DNA of 64,000 nt, from NCBI GenBank assembly GCA_963813025.1, contig CAWEXO010000005.1, positions 32,001 through 96,000 on the forward strand, written 5' to 3'. Source of the DNA: an uncultured Verrucomicrobiae bacterium (GTDB lineage: Bacteria > Verrucomicrobiota > Verrucomicrobiia > Chthoniobacterales > JAFAMB01). Position 1 is the stretch's first letter; the number at the start of each line of letters is the position of its first letter. This document shows positions 32,969 through 43,882 of the stretch, one piece after another. The notes beneath the pieces were generated by a model. The model was not told the origin of the DNA and did not search any database. It saw nothing but the letters and a program-made list of their open reading frames with translations. The translations under genes were made by a program, and so were the position numbers.

Positions 32969-33871
32969 TTGGTTATGAAGATACTTGCTCATTCGTCAAA
33001 AGATTGGATTCCGGTGATCAGCCAGCTGGGGCATACGGCCTATTTGGCAATGCTCTTTGTTATCTTCCCGCACACACCATGGTGGATTCTCCTGATCCTC
33101 GGCCTTATCTACTCCGTCAGCATCTCGTGGAATATCAACGGCATCGCCCACAACTTCATTCACAATCCCTACTTCAAATCCCGCACTCTTAACTGGATCT
33201 TCAGCTGGATTCTTTCCGTGACCGTCGGGTTTTCGCAACAGTTCTACGAGGTTTTCCATAACAGGCATCATCAGGGAAACAGTGATCGACCGGACAAACA
33301 CGGCGATACGGTCGATCCGCTCTCCATTTACCGGCACGGGCACGAAGGTGAGCCTGAGAAGATTTGGTCCTACGTTTTCCTAAGCTACTTTCGCGACGAT
33401 CCTTACGTTGTCTTCCGAGAGCTGAAACGCCGGTTTCCGTTCCGCGCGTACTTTGGCGTGTTTGAAATCGCGTCCTGGACTTGCCTTTGTTTTCTCGGGT
33501 TTCTCCTGAACTGGAAATTCATGCTGCTTTATCTGCCGTTCTACTATTTCGGGCATTGCTTGTCCTATCTGAATGGCTATTTCCTCCACTATGGCGGAAA
33601 TCCCGATGTGCCCTTGGCCTGGGGAGTCAGCAGTTATGCCAAATGGTATAACATTCTTTGGTTCAATAATGGTTACCATGCGGAACACCACTACAAACCA
33701 AAGATCCATTGGACCAAGATGCAGGAGCTTCATCTGAAGTTGCGAGAGGCGCAGCGGGAGGCCGGTGTCCGGGTGATTCAGCCTCCCCATACACTCGGTT
33801 TTCTCGATCCTGACCTGCCGAAACTGGGTACCTCTACTCCGGCGTCCATGGAGGCGCGACCGCCACTTTAA
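32969..33871 (+). CDS. Membrane fatty acid desaturase family protein
   Basis: Histidine boxes HNFIH, HNRHH and NNGYHAEHH; TM segments. Start may be ATG 32975. Confidence 0.88.
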   Translation: MVMKILAHSSKDWIPVISQLGHTAYLAMLFVIFPHTPWWILLILGLIYSVSISWNINGIAHNFIHNPYFKSRTLNWIFSWILSVTVGFSQQFYEVFHNRHHQGNSDRPDKHGDTVDPLSIYRHGHEGEPEKIWSYVFLSYFRDDPYVVFRELKRRFPFRAYFGVFEIASWTCLCFLGFLLNWKFMLLYLPFYYFGHCLSYLNGYFLHYGGNPDVPLAWGVSSYAKWYNILWFNNGYHAEHHYKPKIHWTKMQELHLKLREAQREAGVRVIQPPHTLGFLDPDLPKLGTSTPASMEARPPL

Positions 33872-34166
33872 GAACTGTTTCGCGTTTCACGTTTCACGTT
33901 TCGCCAGCCACGTTTTTTTGGCGATGTCGCCTTCTCCTCGCGCGTCACTCCGAAGATGCGGATGAGACCGTCCGCCTTTGTGCCCGCTTCGCGGCACTAC
34001 GGCGCCGACAAGTTCCGCGCTGTTAGACGCTCCCTCGCGAGACGTGAAACGCGAAACGTGAGACGCACCTGGGATTTGACCAGATGCGACTTGCGTGCTT
34101 TAGGGAACGGCTGCCGTTCGGTAATGTGGGTTATGTGCAACCGCTCGTACCGCCGCTGCAGATCCT

Positions 34167-35864
34167 ATGTTTTCCACGACAGTTTCGATGCCGCGCAAAA
34201 CCGAGCGGGCGCTTCTGGATGGCGTTAGCCTGGCGCTCCTGGCCTTTGTCCTGATCCTGGTCTTACGGATCGTTGCCTTCGCGGTTCAGAAATGGGATTC
34301 CGATGAGACTCAGCATTTGCATGTCGTGTGGGGGTGGGCGCATGGCGCGTTAGCTTATCGGGATTTCTTTGACAATCATTGCCCTCTTTTTCAGCTCCTC
34401 TCGGTGCCTCCCTTTCTCTTGTGCGGAGAACGTCCCGATATCGTCATGCTGATGCGCTGGCTCAATTTACCTCTGTTCCTGATAGCTTTATGGTCCGTTT
34501 ATCGCTTGGGCCAAAAGCTATTTTCCCGCCGCGTCGGAGTGGCGTCTGCGCTGATCCTGGGGCTTTTTCCACCGTTTTTCCTCAAAGCGGGAGAGTTTCG
34601 GCCGGACAATCTGTGGAATGCCGAGTGGTTGCTTGCACTGGTCTTGCTCTTCGGAGAAAAGCCGAAGATCTGGCGCATTTTCGCTGCCGGGTTGCTTTTG
34701 GGGGCGGCCTTCGCGACCTCAATGAAAGCCGTTTTCCTTTTTACAGTTCTAGGCTCGTCCGGCCTGTTCTATGTCCTGCTCCGGATGTGGCTGGGCAATG
34801 GGCGGATACTCTCCGGTGCCGCCGAGCCGCGCGTTGGATTCCCGAAAGCGCTGAGCGTATTTTTGGCCGGGTTGCTCATTTTTCCGGCTCTCCTCATCAG
34901 CTTTTTTGCGTGTACTGGCATACTCGGTCCGGCCGGTTATTGCATTTTGCAACACAATCTGGTTTTCAGAGAACCGTTCTGGCCCATGTTCAGAACCCGG
35001 ATAATCGACCTGCGTTTCTGGCTTTTTGTGCCGGGTGTTTGGCTGGCAAAAGAGGCTCTGAGCGGGGAAGCAGACCCAGTACTCGCGAGGGGTCGGGCCT
35101 GGCTTTTCCTGATTACCGGATTTTTCTGCACGATCCTGTGGGGCTTCTGGCCGGAAATAACGCTTCAGGATTATCTCCCTTTTTTTCCGCTCGCCGCGAT
35201 TCTCCTGGCCCACCTGCTTGAGCGCCTCGCACAAGCACCGGCTTTGGCCAGAAATCCAAGGTTTTTTTCTTTGACGATTGCCGCGTTCTGCTGCCTACAA
35301 TTCGCCTGGCTGGGTCGCGTTCTCTGGACGCAGCGGAACGCTAACAGGCTAGGGGTTGCTAGAATTCGTGAAATCCTGCAGTTGACGCACCCGGATGAAA
35401 AAGTCTTTGATGCAAAAGGTGAAGCAATCTTTCGTCCCCGGCCAACCTATTGGGTTTACGAAATTCTCACCCGGGAACGGATTGCTCTCGGTCAAGTGAA
35501 AGACGATATGCCCGAACGTCTGATTGCCACCGAAACCTCCGTAGGGATACCATTTCATTTCGTCGGTAAGCGGACCCAGCAATTTCTCCAGGACAACTAT
35601 TTGCTGCGAGGCCCGCTCTTGGTGCTCGGTCAGCATTTGATTTTAACAAAGGATGGGGCGGCCGCTCCCTTCAAGATTGCTGTTCCTGGAACGTACACCT
35701 TTTTGGACGGCAGAAGCCCGGTTGCGGGTATGTTGGACGGTCATCCCGTGGAAACGGACAACCGGTTGGAGCCGGGAATGCATGTTTTTAAGCCGGAACA
35801 GCCGGTCGGAGCGCTCGACATCCTTTGGTCGCGTGCCTGGCATGTTGGTCTCGATCATCCTTGA
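34167..35864 (+). CDS. GT-C fold membrane glycosyltransferase (ArnT/PMT-like)
   Basis: DE motif after the first TM (DSDETQHLH), YRDFFDNHCP, EFRPD, many TM helices and a soluble C-terminal domain. Confidence 0.75.
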   Translation: MFSTTVSMPRKTERALLDGVSLALLAFVLILVLRIVAFAVQKWDSDETQHLHVVWGWAHGALAYRDFFDNHCPLFQLLSVPPFLLCGERPDIVMLMRWLNLPLFLIALWSVYRLGQKLFSRRVGVASALILGLFPPFFLKAGEFRPDNLWNAEWLLALVLLFGEKPKIWRIFAAGLLLGAAFATSMKAVFLFTVLGSSGLFYVLLRMWLGNGRILSGAAEPRVGFPKALSVFLAGLLIFPALLISFFACTGILGPAGYCILQHNLVFREPFWPMFRTRIIDLRFWLFVPGVWLAKEALSGEADPVLARGRAWLFLITGFFCTILWGFWPEITLQDYLPFFPLAAILLAHLLERLAQAPALARNPRFFSLTIAAFCCLQFAWLGRVLWTQRNANRLGVARIREILQLTHPDEKVFDAKGEAIFRPRPTYWVYEILTRERIALGQVKDDMPERLIATETSVGIPFHFVGKRTQQFLQDNYLLRGPLLVLGQHLILTKDGAAAPFKIAVPGTYTFLDGRSPVAGMLDGHPVETDNRLEPGMHVFKPEQPVGALDILWSRAWHVGLDHP

Positions 35865-35875
35865 TTGGAAAATTT

Positions 35876-36967
35876 ATGCTCCTTAACCCCGACGACCGAA
35901 TTCTTGTCTTCGCGCCTCATCCCGACGATGAAACTCTTGCCATCGGCGGACTGTTGTGCACGGCGTTCGATCGCGGCTTACCCGTTCGTGTCGTCTATCT
36001 GACCAGCGGCGATCGGAATCCGTGGGCGCAACGATTTGTGGAACACCGCTGGATTATTCGCGATGAGGATCGGCGTCGCTGGGGGGAATTGCGCGAAGCC
36101 GAAGCGATTGCGGCGTTGGGAATGCTCGGTGGGAGCTCGGCAGACGCCCGTTTTCTGCGATACCCGGACCAGGCACTCACCGAGTTGCTCCTCTCGGGCG
36201 ATCGCTCCGTGGTTAATGATCTCAGCGCGGAGCTGCGCCGATGGAAGCCGACTTTGATTCTGCAGCCGGCCGCTGAAGACGCTCATCCGGATCATAGCGC
36301 TCTGCACGTTCTGCTCTCGGCAATCGTCCTGCCGGAATCTTCCAGGGATGCCAGAGTGCTGAACTACGTTGTCCATCACCCAAGGACTGGTCAGACGCGG
36401 AAAGCGATCACCACGTCCTTAAATCAAGCATTAGTAAAACGAAAACTGAAGGCCATCTTTTGTCACCGAACGCAGGTGGCCGCGAGCCGGAAGAGGTTCG
36501 CCAGCTACGCCCGTGCGCAGGAACAGTTGTTTGACGGGGATCCCGTGGAGACAAACTTCCCGCCGCAGAGTGTCCCCTGGATTGATGGAAACTTTCTGAA
36601 CCTGCCAATCGCTCATTGCGTCTTGTGTTCGAAGCAGCAGAAAGTCCTTCTGGTTCTGCGGACCGAGTCAGGTGAAGTGCAGCGTTTTGCCTTCTTCCTC
36701 AAGGGGAAGACGCCCCGTTTGGATCTCCAGGATACTGCCATGGGGGCAACAATCTGTTCAGTAGAAGTGTACTGGAACCGACGTACTGTTCAGGTGCGAC
36801 TCCCGAAACTACCGCGGCTTAGCACCGCGTTGCTGAAGATCTGTACCCCAACCTTCTTTTTTGATCGCGCCGGCTGGTTAAACCTCCCAGTTTTCCAGCG
36901 CCCGGCGAAGCGCGCGAAAACGCACGGCCCCGAGCCCGTAGCGAAGACGATGACCAATGACCGATGA
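35876..36967 (+). CDS. PIG-L/LmbE family deacetylase
   Basis: VFAPHPDDE, LTSGD, REAE, HPDH, K..AIFCHRTQ motifs. Confidence 0.88.
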   Translation: MLLNPDDRILVFAPHPDDETLAIGGLLCTAFDRGLPVRVVYLTSGDRNPWAQRFVEHRWIIRDEDRRRWGELREAEAIAALGMLGGSSADARFLRYPDQALTELLLSGDRSVVNDLSAELRRWKPTLILQPAAEDAHPDHSALHVLLSAIVLPESSRDARVLNYVVHHPRTGQTRKAITTSLNQALVKRKLKAIFCHRTQVAASRKRFASYARAQEQLFDGDPVETNFPPQSVPWIDGNFLNLPIAHCVLCSKQQKVLLVLRTESGEVQRFAFFLKGKTPRLDLQDTAMGATICSVEVYWNRRTVQVRLPKLPRLSTALLKICTPTFFFDRAGWLNLPVFQRPAKRAKTHGPEPVAKTMTNDR

Positions 36968-37002
36968 CCAATGGACAACGGCAGGCAATTGGCAATCGGC
37001 AA

Positions 37003-37710
37003 TCAGCCATCTCCCAGAATGCCGATCATCTGCTGCGCCAGCTTTGGCCCAATGCCGCTTTCCTCGTGTTTGAAATAAATGAATACACTCCTCCAGCGTT
37101 CTTCCTGGCCGCGGACAAAATTTGCCCAGTGGTGAAGGTCCGATTCTCCGTAGTCTTCCCGCCGTAAGCGTAGATACCCGAACTGCGTTGTTGCCACCGC
37201 CGGAGCAGTGAGATCGGCAGTATCGGCCAGGCAAAGAGCGGCTCGCTGGCGGTCGAGTAGAGCGAAGACCTCGTCCGCAAACCAGGACGGGTGGCGAAAC
37301 TCGAATGCCGCCGATAATTCCGGTGGTAACAATGCCAAAAATTCCTCCAGGACCGCCGTATCCCTCGCGAAACTGGGCGGCAACTGAAAAAGAACCGGGC
37401 CCAACTTCTCGCCCAAACCGAGAATACATCGCACGAAGTACTGGATGGTGTCCGCACAATTGCGCAGCTTGGAAAGATGGGTAACCCGCTGAGGGCCTTT
37501 TAAGCTGAATTTGAATCCCTCCGGTGTCGTACCCGTCCAACCCTCGATTGTTTTGGGACTTGGTATCCGGTGAAAAGTGTAATTGATCTCCGTGGTGGAA
37601 AACCGCTCTGCATAAAAAGGCAGCATTTTTGCAGGGCTCAGCTTCTCCGGATAAAACGTTCCGCGCCACGCGGGATACTGAAAGCCCGATGTCCCGACAA
37701 AGATGTTCAC
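37003..37710 (-). CDS. DUF72 (YecE-like) protein
   Basis: VGTSGFQY, EINYTFH, LFQLPP, EFRHPSW, YLRLR, YFKHE motifs. GTG start inferred. Confidence 0.9.
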   Translation of the reverse strand: MNIFVGTSGFQYPAWRGTFYPEKLSPAKMLPFYAERFSTTEINYTFHRIPSPKTIEGWTGTTPEGFKFSLKGPQRVTHLSKLRNCADTIQYFVRCILGLGEKLGPVLFQLPPSFARDTAVLEEFLALLPPELSAAFEFRHPSWFADEVFALLDRQRAALCLADTADLTAPAVATTQFGYLRLRREDYGESDLHHWANFVRGQEERWRSVFIYFKHEESGIGPKLAQQMIGILGDG

Positions 37711-37821
37711 GGACTGAATCTTACACAACGGCTCCGAGCTTGAACATCGATCTTTGCCGATCGGTTTACGGGTTTGGGCAAAGGCTGTATATTATTTTGG
37801 TTCCGCCCGGCACTCAGGCTT

Positions 37822-38328
37822 ATGGATAATTCGGAACAAACTCTGGAAGAAATTGTGCAGAACTGGCTGAAGGACGTACAACGTCGAGGGGTCGAGCTCT
37901 ATGCAAGAAACCAGGTCAACACGATTTTATACCTGTCGTTTGCGGCGAAAGACGAGCTGCGATTCAGCGTGGAAATCGACTTTGCGGTTCGCGACATCAG
38001 GGTCGAAATAACCGGACCGCACTTGAGTTCGGTTATCCGCAAAACTCTGTTACTCGATGCGCAGAGCTTGCGTTGGTTGGCTAAGAGGATGTGCCCAATC
38101 GGTGAAGGACAGGTTGTTGTTCCCGTGTACCTTCTGGCGGAACTGGCCGTGCTTTGTCATGCCTATCAACGACTCGTCCAAGACTACGCGCGTGACCACG
38201 GGGGGCGCCATACCAGCAATGCGGTGCAGGAGATCGAGTCGGAGTTGCGCGAGTACCTCACACCGGAAGAACAACAACGCACGGACAATCCCTACCTGCG
38301 CACCCGTAAAGTCGAGGCCCATTCTTGA
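37822..38328 (+). CDS. Hypothetical protein
   Basis: 168-codon ORF from ATG 37822 that fills the gap between DUF72 and pgi; no motif recognised. Confidence 0.55.
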   Translation: MDNSEQTLEEIVQNWLKDVQRRGVELYARNQVNTILYLSFAAKDELRFSVEIDFAVRDIRVEITGPHLSSVIRKTLLLDAQSLRWLAKRMCPIGEGQVVVPVYLLAELAVLCHAYQRLVQDYARDHGGRHTSNAVQEIESELREYLTPEEQQRTDNPYLRTRKVEAHS

Positions 38329-38366
38329 GGCCATTTGGTGTCTGGCCGGGTCAACACTCCACGTTG

Positions 38367-38474
38367 GTAGGGCAAGCTCCTGCTTGACCGCGGCGCGTAA
38401 GCCCCCACTCGATCCGGACGAGCAGGAGCTTCATCCCTACCGCACTCATTCTTGTGGCGCCAACGGTCCGAAGG
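38367..38474. repeat. GTAG-type REP doublet plus conserved tail, copy 1 (copy 2 at 48050-48161)
   Basis: GTAGGGCAAGCTCCTGCTTGACC...GGACGAGCAGGAGCTTCATCCCTAC followed by CGCACTCATTCTTGTGGCGCCAAC. Confidence 0.8.
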
Positions 38475-38602
38475 CGGTTTCGAACGAAATCCTGGCCGCC
38501 GGCATGGGACAGCGACATGTGCCACACAAGAAATGACCAAATCGAGGGATGGCAAAGCAAGCGGAGTTTGCCATATTCCAGGAGCGAGAAAGGACCAAGA
38601 AG

Positions 38603-40249
38603 ATGGCGACTCATAATCAGTCACTCACCGCACGCCCCGCGTGGAAAGCTCTGCAATCTCATTACCACCAAATCCAGCAATTACATCTCCGGCAACTGTT
38701 TGCTGATGATCCTCAGCGAAGCAAGCGGCTGACCGTCCAGGCCGTCGGCCTCTATCTTGATTACTCGAAAAACCGCGTAACCGATGAAACGCTAAAGCTC
38801 CTCCGCCAACTGGCCGGCGAATGCGAGCTGCCAGCCCGAATCGATGCCATGTTTCGCGGCGAGAAGATAAATGGGACGGAAAAACGGGCCGTCCTGCATG
38901 TCGCCCTTCGCGCCCCGCGAGGAACAACGGTGATGGTCGACGGCGAGAACGTGGTTCCCCAGGTCCACGAAGTATTGGACAAAATGAGAGATTTCTCCAA
39001 CCGGGTCCGCAGCGGTGAATGGAAGGGCTACACCGGAAAGCGCATTCGCAATGTCATCAATATCGGCATAGGGGGATCGGATCTCGGGCCGGTGATGGCC
39101 TACGAGGCGCTGAAATATTACAGTGAGCGGTCATTGACCTTCCGATTTGTTTCGAATGTCGACGGTACCGATTTCGCCGAGGCGGTTCGGGATCTCGATG
39201 CGGCCGAAACGCTGTTTATCGTCTCGTCCAAAACTTTTACCACGTTGGAAACGATGACCAACGCGCAAACGGCTCGCGACTGGTTGCTCAGAGCGCTGGC
39301 TGGAAAAGTTGAAGCGGTTGCCAAGCATTTCGTGGCAGTCTCGACCAATGCCGAAAAGGTCGCTGAGTTCGGGATCGACACGACCAACATGTTTGGGTTC
39401 TGGGATTGGGTCGGGGGGCGTTACTCCATGGATTCGGCGATCGGCCTCTCCACCATGCTCGCGATTGGTCCGGAAAATTTCCAGGCGATGCTCGATGGCT
39501 TTCACGAGATGGACGAGCATTTCCGCACTGCACCTTTCGAAAGCAATTTGCCGGTGCTCCTCGGACTTCTGACCATGTGGTACACTGATTTCTTTAACGC
39601 CGAAACGGTGGCGGTCCTGCCTTACGAGCAATACCTGAAACGATTCCCGGCTTACCTGCAGCAGTTGACGATGGAGAGCAACGGCAAACATGTCACCCTT
39701 GCGGGGACAGAGGTCAACTATCCGACTGGGCCGATCTACTGGGGCGAACCGGGAACCAACGGGCAGCACTCGTTCTATCAGCTCATTCATCAGGGGACCA
39801 GGCTGATTCCGTGCGATTTCCTCGGATTCGCTGAGTCACTCAATCAACTCGGCCGGCATCACGATATGCTGATGGCAAACGTGTTTGCCCAGACGGAGGC
39901 ACTCGCTTTTGGCAAAACGGCGGAGGAAGTGAAGCGTGAGGGAACACCGGATTGGCTGGTGCCGCACCGGGTATTTGAAGGGAACCGTCCGTCCAATACC
40001 ATCCTGGGTGACCGGCTCACGCCGGCAATTCTGGGCAAACTCGTAGCGCTCTACGAACACAGCGTTTTCACTCAGGGTACGATCTGGAACATCAACTCAT
40101 TCGACCAGTGGGGCGTCGAGTTAGGTAAGGTACTGGCCCAACGCATCATTCCGGAACTCGAAGCTGAAACCGAGCCCGAATTGCGGCACGACGGTTCAAC
40201 GAACGACTTGATCCGCTGGTATCGCCAACAAAAACAAAAAACCTCGTGA
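38603..40249 (+). CDS. pgi: Glucose-6-phosphate isomerase
   Basis: [50 protein letters not shown] motifs. AAGGA upstream of ATG 38603. Confidence 0.98.
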   Translation: MATHNQSLTARPAWKALQSHYHQIQQLHLRQLFADDPQRSKRLTVQAVGLYLDYSKNRVTDETLKLLRQLAGECELPARIDAMFRGEKINGTEKRAVLHVALRAPRGTTVMVDGENVVPQVHEVLDKMRDFSNRVRSGEWKGYTGKRIRNVINIGIGGSDLGPVMAYEALKYYSERSLTFRFVSNVDGTDFAEAVRDLDAAETLFIVSSKTFTTLETMTNAQTARDWLLRALAGKVEAVAKHFVAVSTNAEKVAEFGIDTTNMFGFWDWVGGRYSMDSAIGLSTMLAIGPENFQAMLDGFHEMDEHFRTAPFESNLPVLLGLLTMWYTDFFNAETVAVLPYEQYLKRFPAYLQQLTMESNGKHVTLAGTEVNYPTGPIYWGEPGTNGQHSFYQLIHQGTRLIPCDFLGFAESLNQLGRHHDMLMANVFAQTEALAFGKTAEEVKREGTPDWLVPHRVFEGNRPSNTILGDRLTPAILGKLVALYEHSVFTQGTIWNINSFDQWGVELGKVLAQRIIPELEAETEPELRHDGSTNDLIRWYRQQKQKTS

Positions 40250-40272
40250 CTCTGTCCTGAGTCCCCGATCGC

Positions 40273-41667
40273 TTGAGTACAGTGAACTCGAACTCTTCCC
40301 ACGCGGACGCGTTGGTTTTCTATGGCGCGACGGGCGACTTGGCTTACAAGAAAATTTTCCCGGCGCTCCAAGCGATGGTCAGGCGCGGCCATCTGGAAGT
40401 CCCGATTATTGGGGTCGCCAAAGCTGGCTGGAATCTCGAGCAACTTAAAGCCCGGGCCCGGGATAGTTTGACCACCCACGGGGGGCTCGACAAGGACGCC
40501 TTCGCCAAGCTGTGCAGTTTGCTGCGGTACGTCGAGGGAGATTACCGGGACAAAGCGACCTTTCAGGCCATCGCCCAAGAGTTAGGTCCGGCCCAAAGAC
40601 CAGCTCATTACCTTGCCATTCCTCCCGCTCTCTTCGGTTTGGTCACCGAACAACTCGCAAGCCTCGGCAAAACAAAAGAGGCCCGGATCATTGTCGAAAA
40701 GCCGTTTGGTCACGACCTTGCCTCGGCCCGAAATCTCAATCGAATTCTGCTTCGCGCCTTCGACGAAAACGCCATCTTTCGCATCGATCATTATCTCGGG
40801 AAACGACCAGTGCATAACCTGCTTTTTTTTCGTTTCTCAAACGCTTTTCTCGAACCGTTTTGGAATCGAAATCACATCGAAAGTGTCCAGATCACCCTGG
40901 CGGAAAGCTTTGGGGTTCAGGGTCGGGGTACTTTTTACGATCAAACGGGGGCGATCCGGGACGTGATCCAGAATCATCTCTTCCAGGTTCTGAGTAACCT
41001 GACGATGGAACCGCCTCCGTTGACCGACAGCGAGTCAGTCCGAGATGAAAAAGTAAAAGTGCTCAAGGCCATTCCCCCGCTCAAGCCGGCGAACGTTGTC
41101 CGCGGTCAGTTTCGCGGTTATCGGGATGAAAAAGGCGTCGCCCCGGATTCCCAGACAGAAACCTTTGCGGCGGTGCAACTGGAGATTGACTCGTGGCGAT
41201 GGACGGGAGTTCCTTTCTACATTCGAGCCGGGAAGTGCCTGCCGGTGACGTGCGCTGAGGTGGTTGTGCGGCTTCGTCAGCCTCCGACCATGTATCACGG
41301 GTACGACTTGCGCTCAAACCATGTCCGGTTTCGGATTAGTCCAGACGTGACGCTAGCTGTTGGCGTAAACGCGATTGCGGCCGGCGAACAGACGGTCAGC
41401 CGGCCAGTTGAGATGATCGCTACCCGGCATCCACAGGCCGACGAAATGGACGCTTACGAACGACTTCTGGGCGACGCGATGGTGGGCGATCGAACCTTGT
41501 TTGCTCGAGAGGATTACGTTGAGCAAGCGTGGCGGATTGTCGATCCGGTCTGGCAGGCAGATACTCCTCTCTATTTTTACGAACCAGGTACCTGGGGACC
41601 GACTGAAGTCGATCAGCAAATCTCTCCTCTGGAAGGTTGGCAAAATCCAATCGAGCAGGATGACTAG
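40273..41667 (+). CDS. zwf: Glucose-6-phosphate 1-dehydrogenase
   Basis: [47 protein letters not shown] motifs. Confidence 0.97.
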   Translation: MSTVNSNSSHADALVFYGATGDLAYKKIFPALQAMVRRGHLEVPIIGVAKAGWNLEQLKARARDSLTTHGGLDKDAFAKLCSLLRYVEGDYRDKATFQAIAQELGPAQRPAHYLAIPPALFGLVTEQLASLGKTKEARIIVEKPFGHDLASARNLNRILLRAFDENAIFRIDHYLGKRPVHNLLFFRFSNAFLEPFWNRNHIESVQITLAESFGVQGRGTFYDQTGAIRDVIQNHLFQVLSNLTMEPPPLTDSESVRDEKVKVLKAIPPLKPANVVRGQFRGYRDEKGVAPDSQTETFAAVQLEIDSWRWTGVPFYIRAGKCLPVTCAEVVVRLRQPPTMYHGYDLRSNHVRFRISPDVTLAVGVNAIAAGEQTVSRPVEMIATRHPQADEMDAYERLLGDAMVGDRTLFAREDYVEQAWRIVDPVWQADTPLYFYEPGTWGPTEVDQQISPLEGWQNPIEQDD

Positions 41668-41793
41668 AGGCCGCCATCTCATTCGTTAGCTTCAGCGGAT
41701 GAGCCTCCTGTTTGGCGGATTGCTCGACAACGGCAAGCTCCCAACTTAAAAGTAGTTTCAGCGATAAAGTCTGGAATCCTGCGATCGAGAAAA

Positions 41794-42096
41794 ATGATAG
41801 TGATCGTCCGGCCCTTATTTTTGATCGGAATAGCTGTTTCTTTGGGAGCGTGTGCCCGCGACCAGGCGTTCCCGCTGGAGCCACAAACGCTGTTTTCCCC
41901 TCGCCCAGCGACCGTTCGAAGCGTGCAGATCGCTCTCCGCGAACGGGGTTACTACGCCGGGCCGGTTGACGGATCTCTCGGCCAGGACGTCGGGATCGGA
42001 ATTGAGCGATTCCAGATCGATCATTGCCAAAGAGCAACCTTGAGACTCAATCGACCGCTTCTGGTCGGGTTGGGCATTGTGAGGGAGGAGAAATAA
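41794..42096 (+). CDS. Small lipoprotein with peptidoglycan-binding domain
   Basis: Lipobox SLGAC; VRSVQIALRERGYYAGPVDG..G....IERFQ matches the PG_binding_1 pattern. Confidence 0.75.
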   Translation: MIVIVRPLFLIGIAVSLGACARDQAFPLEPQTLFSPRPATVRSVQIALRERGYYAGPVDGSLGQDVGIGIERFQIDHCQRATLRLNRPLLVGLGIVREEK

Positions 42097-42097
42097 G

Positions 42098-42418
42098 GTG
42101 CGCGCCCTCTCCAGGAAAATGACGCTGTTGTGGTGTTGCGGGGCAATGGCCTTGTTCGCGTTTGGGCCGGCGGTCGTACCCGGGATTTCAGATTCCCGTG
42201 TCTGGGTTGGAGCCTCGGGTCCGTTTGTTGCATTTAGAGTGCCGGCGTTCCTTGGCTGGGCCATCAATATTAGAAATGAATCCAATCAAAACTATTCGGC
42301 TCTCTACACCATTAACGGCTGGGCCGATCTGCGGGCGGTCCCTGCTCATCGTACGGTGAGAGCCGGGTTTGTGCTGGGACGGGAGATTCCCACCTTTAAA
42401 TTTGCCAGCGAAAAATAG
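42098..42418 (+). CDS. Hypothetical protein
   Basis: ORF abuts the previous gene; hydrophobic N-terminus; no motif recognised. Confidence 0.4.
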   Translation: MRALSRKMTLLWCCGAMALFAFGPAVVPGISDSRVWVGASGPFVAFRVPAFLGWAINIRNESNQNYSALYTINGWADLRAVPAHRTVRAGFVLGREIPTFKFASEK

Positions 42419-42619
42419 CTGGGTGTAAGGCAATCGCGCGACCCAACAACCCCGCCGAGAAACGTCCGCACGAGGCCGGGCGTGACGCTTGTACCAAAGG
42501 GGCATCGGGACTCAGCCGCGGGTTTTTAACCGCGGGAAAGCCTGTGCAAGGTTGCCGAAAGAATGCCCGCTGGCACTGACACTGACACTGACACTCCCTA
42601 AGGCGCATTCAGTAAGCCG

Positions 42620-43075
42620 ATCAAGACCGGGTAGCTCCTCGGCATTGAGCGGCGTGAGATTCTCCACCCGGCGGTCGGCCATACCATGCCGGGGTAATCG
42701 CGGTACATACACGTTATAACCAAGCTCATACGCCATTTCGGCGAGTTGGCGAAACTGCTGGGGGCTGTTGGTCAGCCCATGGAAGAAAACAACCGAGCGC
42801 TCGGTACGATGGCCGTGAGTCAGTAGAATTGTCCGCGCGACCGGATTCAGCTCCGGACCCTCACTCTGTTGAATCGTTCTGACCCGATTGAGCGCATCGG
42901 CGTAGTCCGCGGCCGGGTTGGGCCGACTCGGGAGACTGTCCTTCGCCGCATTGAGGGCAGCGTTGAAGGCTATCTGAAAAAGCAACAGAAGAGCGAGAAC
43001 GGCGACCAGCAAAACCAGGCCGACGCGAGTCCAGCGCGTGACGGCTCGGCGGACCCCGGCGGACAGAGGTTTCAT
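42620..43075 (-). pseudogene. 3'-truncated alpha/beta hydrolase (esterase-like)
   Basis: TM anchor, then FFHGLTNSP and VYVPRLPRHG. Similarity ends at LNAEEL, before any GxSxG motif; the ORF then reads through repeat DNA to 42512. Confidence 0.65.
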
Positions 43076-43149
43076 CGAGAGTGCCGGATCTAGTTAGGGC
43101 CCACGGGTCCTATGGGTCTCATGGACCTATGGGCCTCACCAATCCTGCG

Positions 43150-43704
43150 TCAGACAGCCGGCGCGGACCCAGCGGACCGAACGCGAAAAGCCCAAATAGT
43201 CACCGCAACGCCCTGAATGAGCAGGAGCACCCCCAACACGATCGGAACGGCCAATGCTGCAGTGACCGGCCGGCCGAGGAGGAACAATCCCACCAGCAGA
43301 TTGATCGCTCCCAGAATCCCTGGCCCGAATCCGCCGCCACGAAAACCCGAGATGATTTCGAGAATGCCCAGAATCACCCCCTGAGCGCCAAGTATGAGGA
43401 CGAAGACCGTAGGCACAGTCAATGCGGCGAGCAGCGGGTGTCTCAGGACGAGCAGACCTGCCAAAATGCCGACGATCCCGGTGAGCAGCGACCAACCCCA
43501 ATGAACGGAGCGATGCACAAAAGCCTGCACGAGGGCAAGCACCCCGGTAATCAACCAGTAAAACCCTAACAGTGTCACGAGCGCAACCATGGTGGCCGCA
43601 GGCTCGAGGAGAAGCATGATGCCGAGAACAATCGCGGAAAGCCCTTGGAGCAAAAACAGCCACCAGATATCCGCATGCTCTTTTCGTAAACCGACGGTAG
43701 TCAT
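43150..43704 (-). CDS. HdeD/DUF308 family membrane protein
   Basis: WWLFLLQG..IVLG, GFYWLITG, WGWSLLTGIVGILAG; six TM segments. Confidence 0.85.
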   Translation of the reverse strand: MTTVGLRKEHADIWWLFLLQGLSAIVLGIMLLLEPAATMVALVTLLGFYWLITGVLALVQAFVHRSVHWGWSLLTGIVGILAGLLVLRHPLLAALTVPTVFVLILGAQGVILGILEIISGFRGGGFGPGILGAINLLVGLFLLGRPVTAALAVPIVLGVLLLIQGVAVTIWAFRVRSAGSAPAV

Positions 43705-43882
43705 ATGATCGACCTTCCTAGCACGTTGGGCAATCGACGACCAGCGTTCAAATCAAGCTTTGTTGCCGAGGACAGCGTCGGCAATGGTTTTGCGGGCCAC
43801 CGTCGAAGCTGTCGCCGTTCACGTCCTCGTTTCTGGCATTGACTTCGGCCCCTCGTCGGGACTTTATTGGATTCCGGCATTC

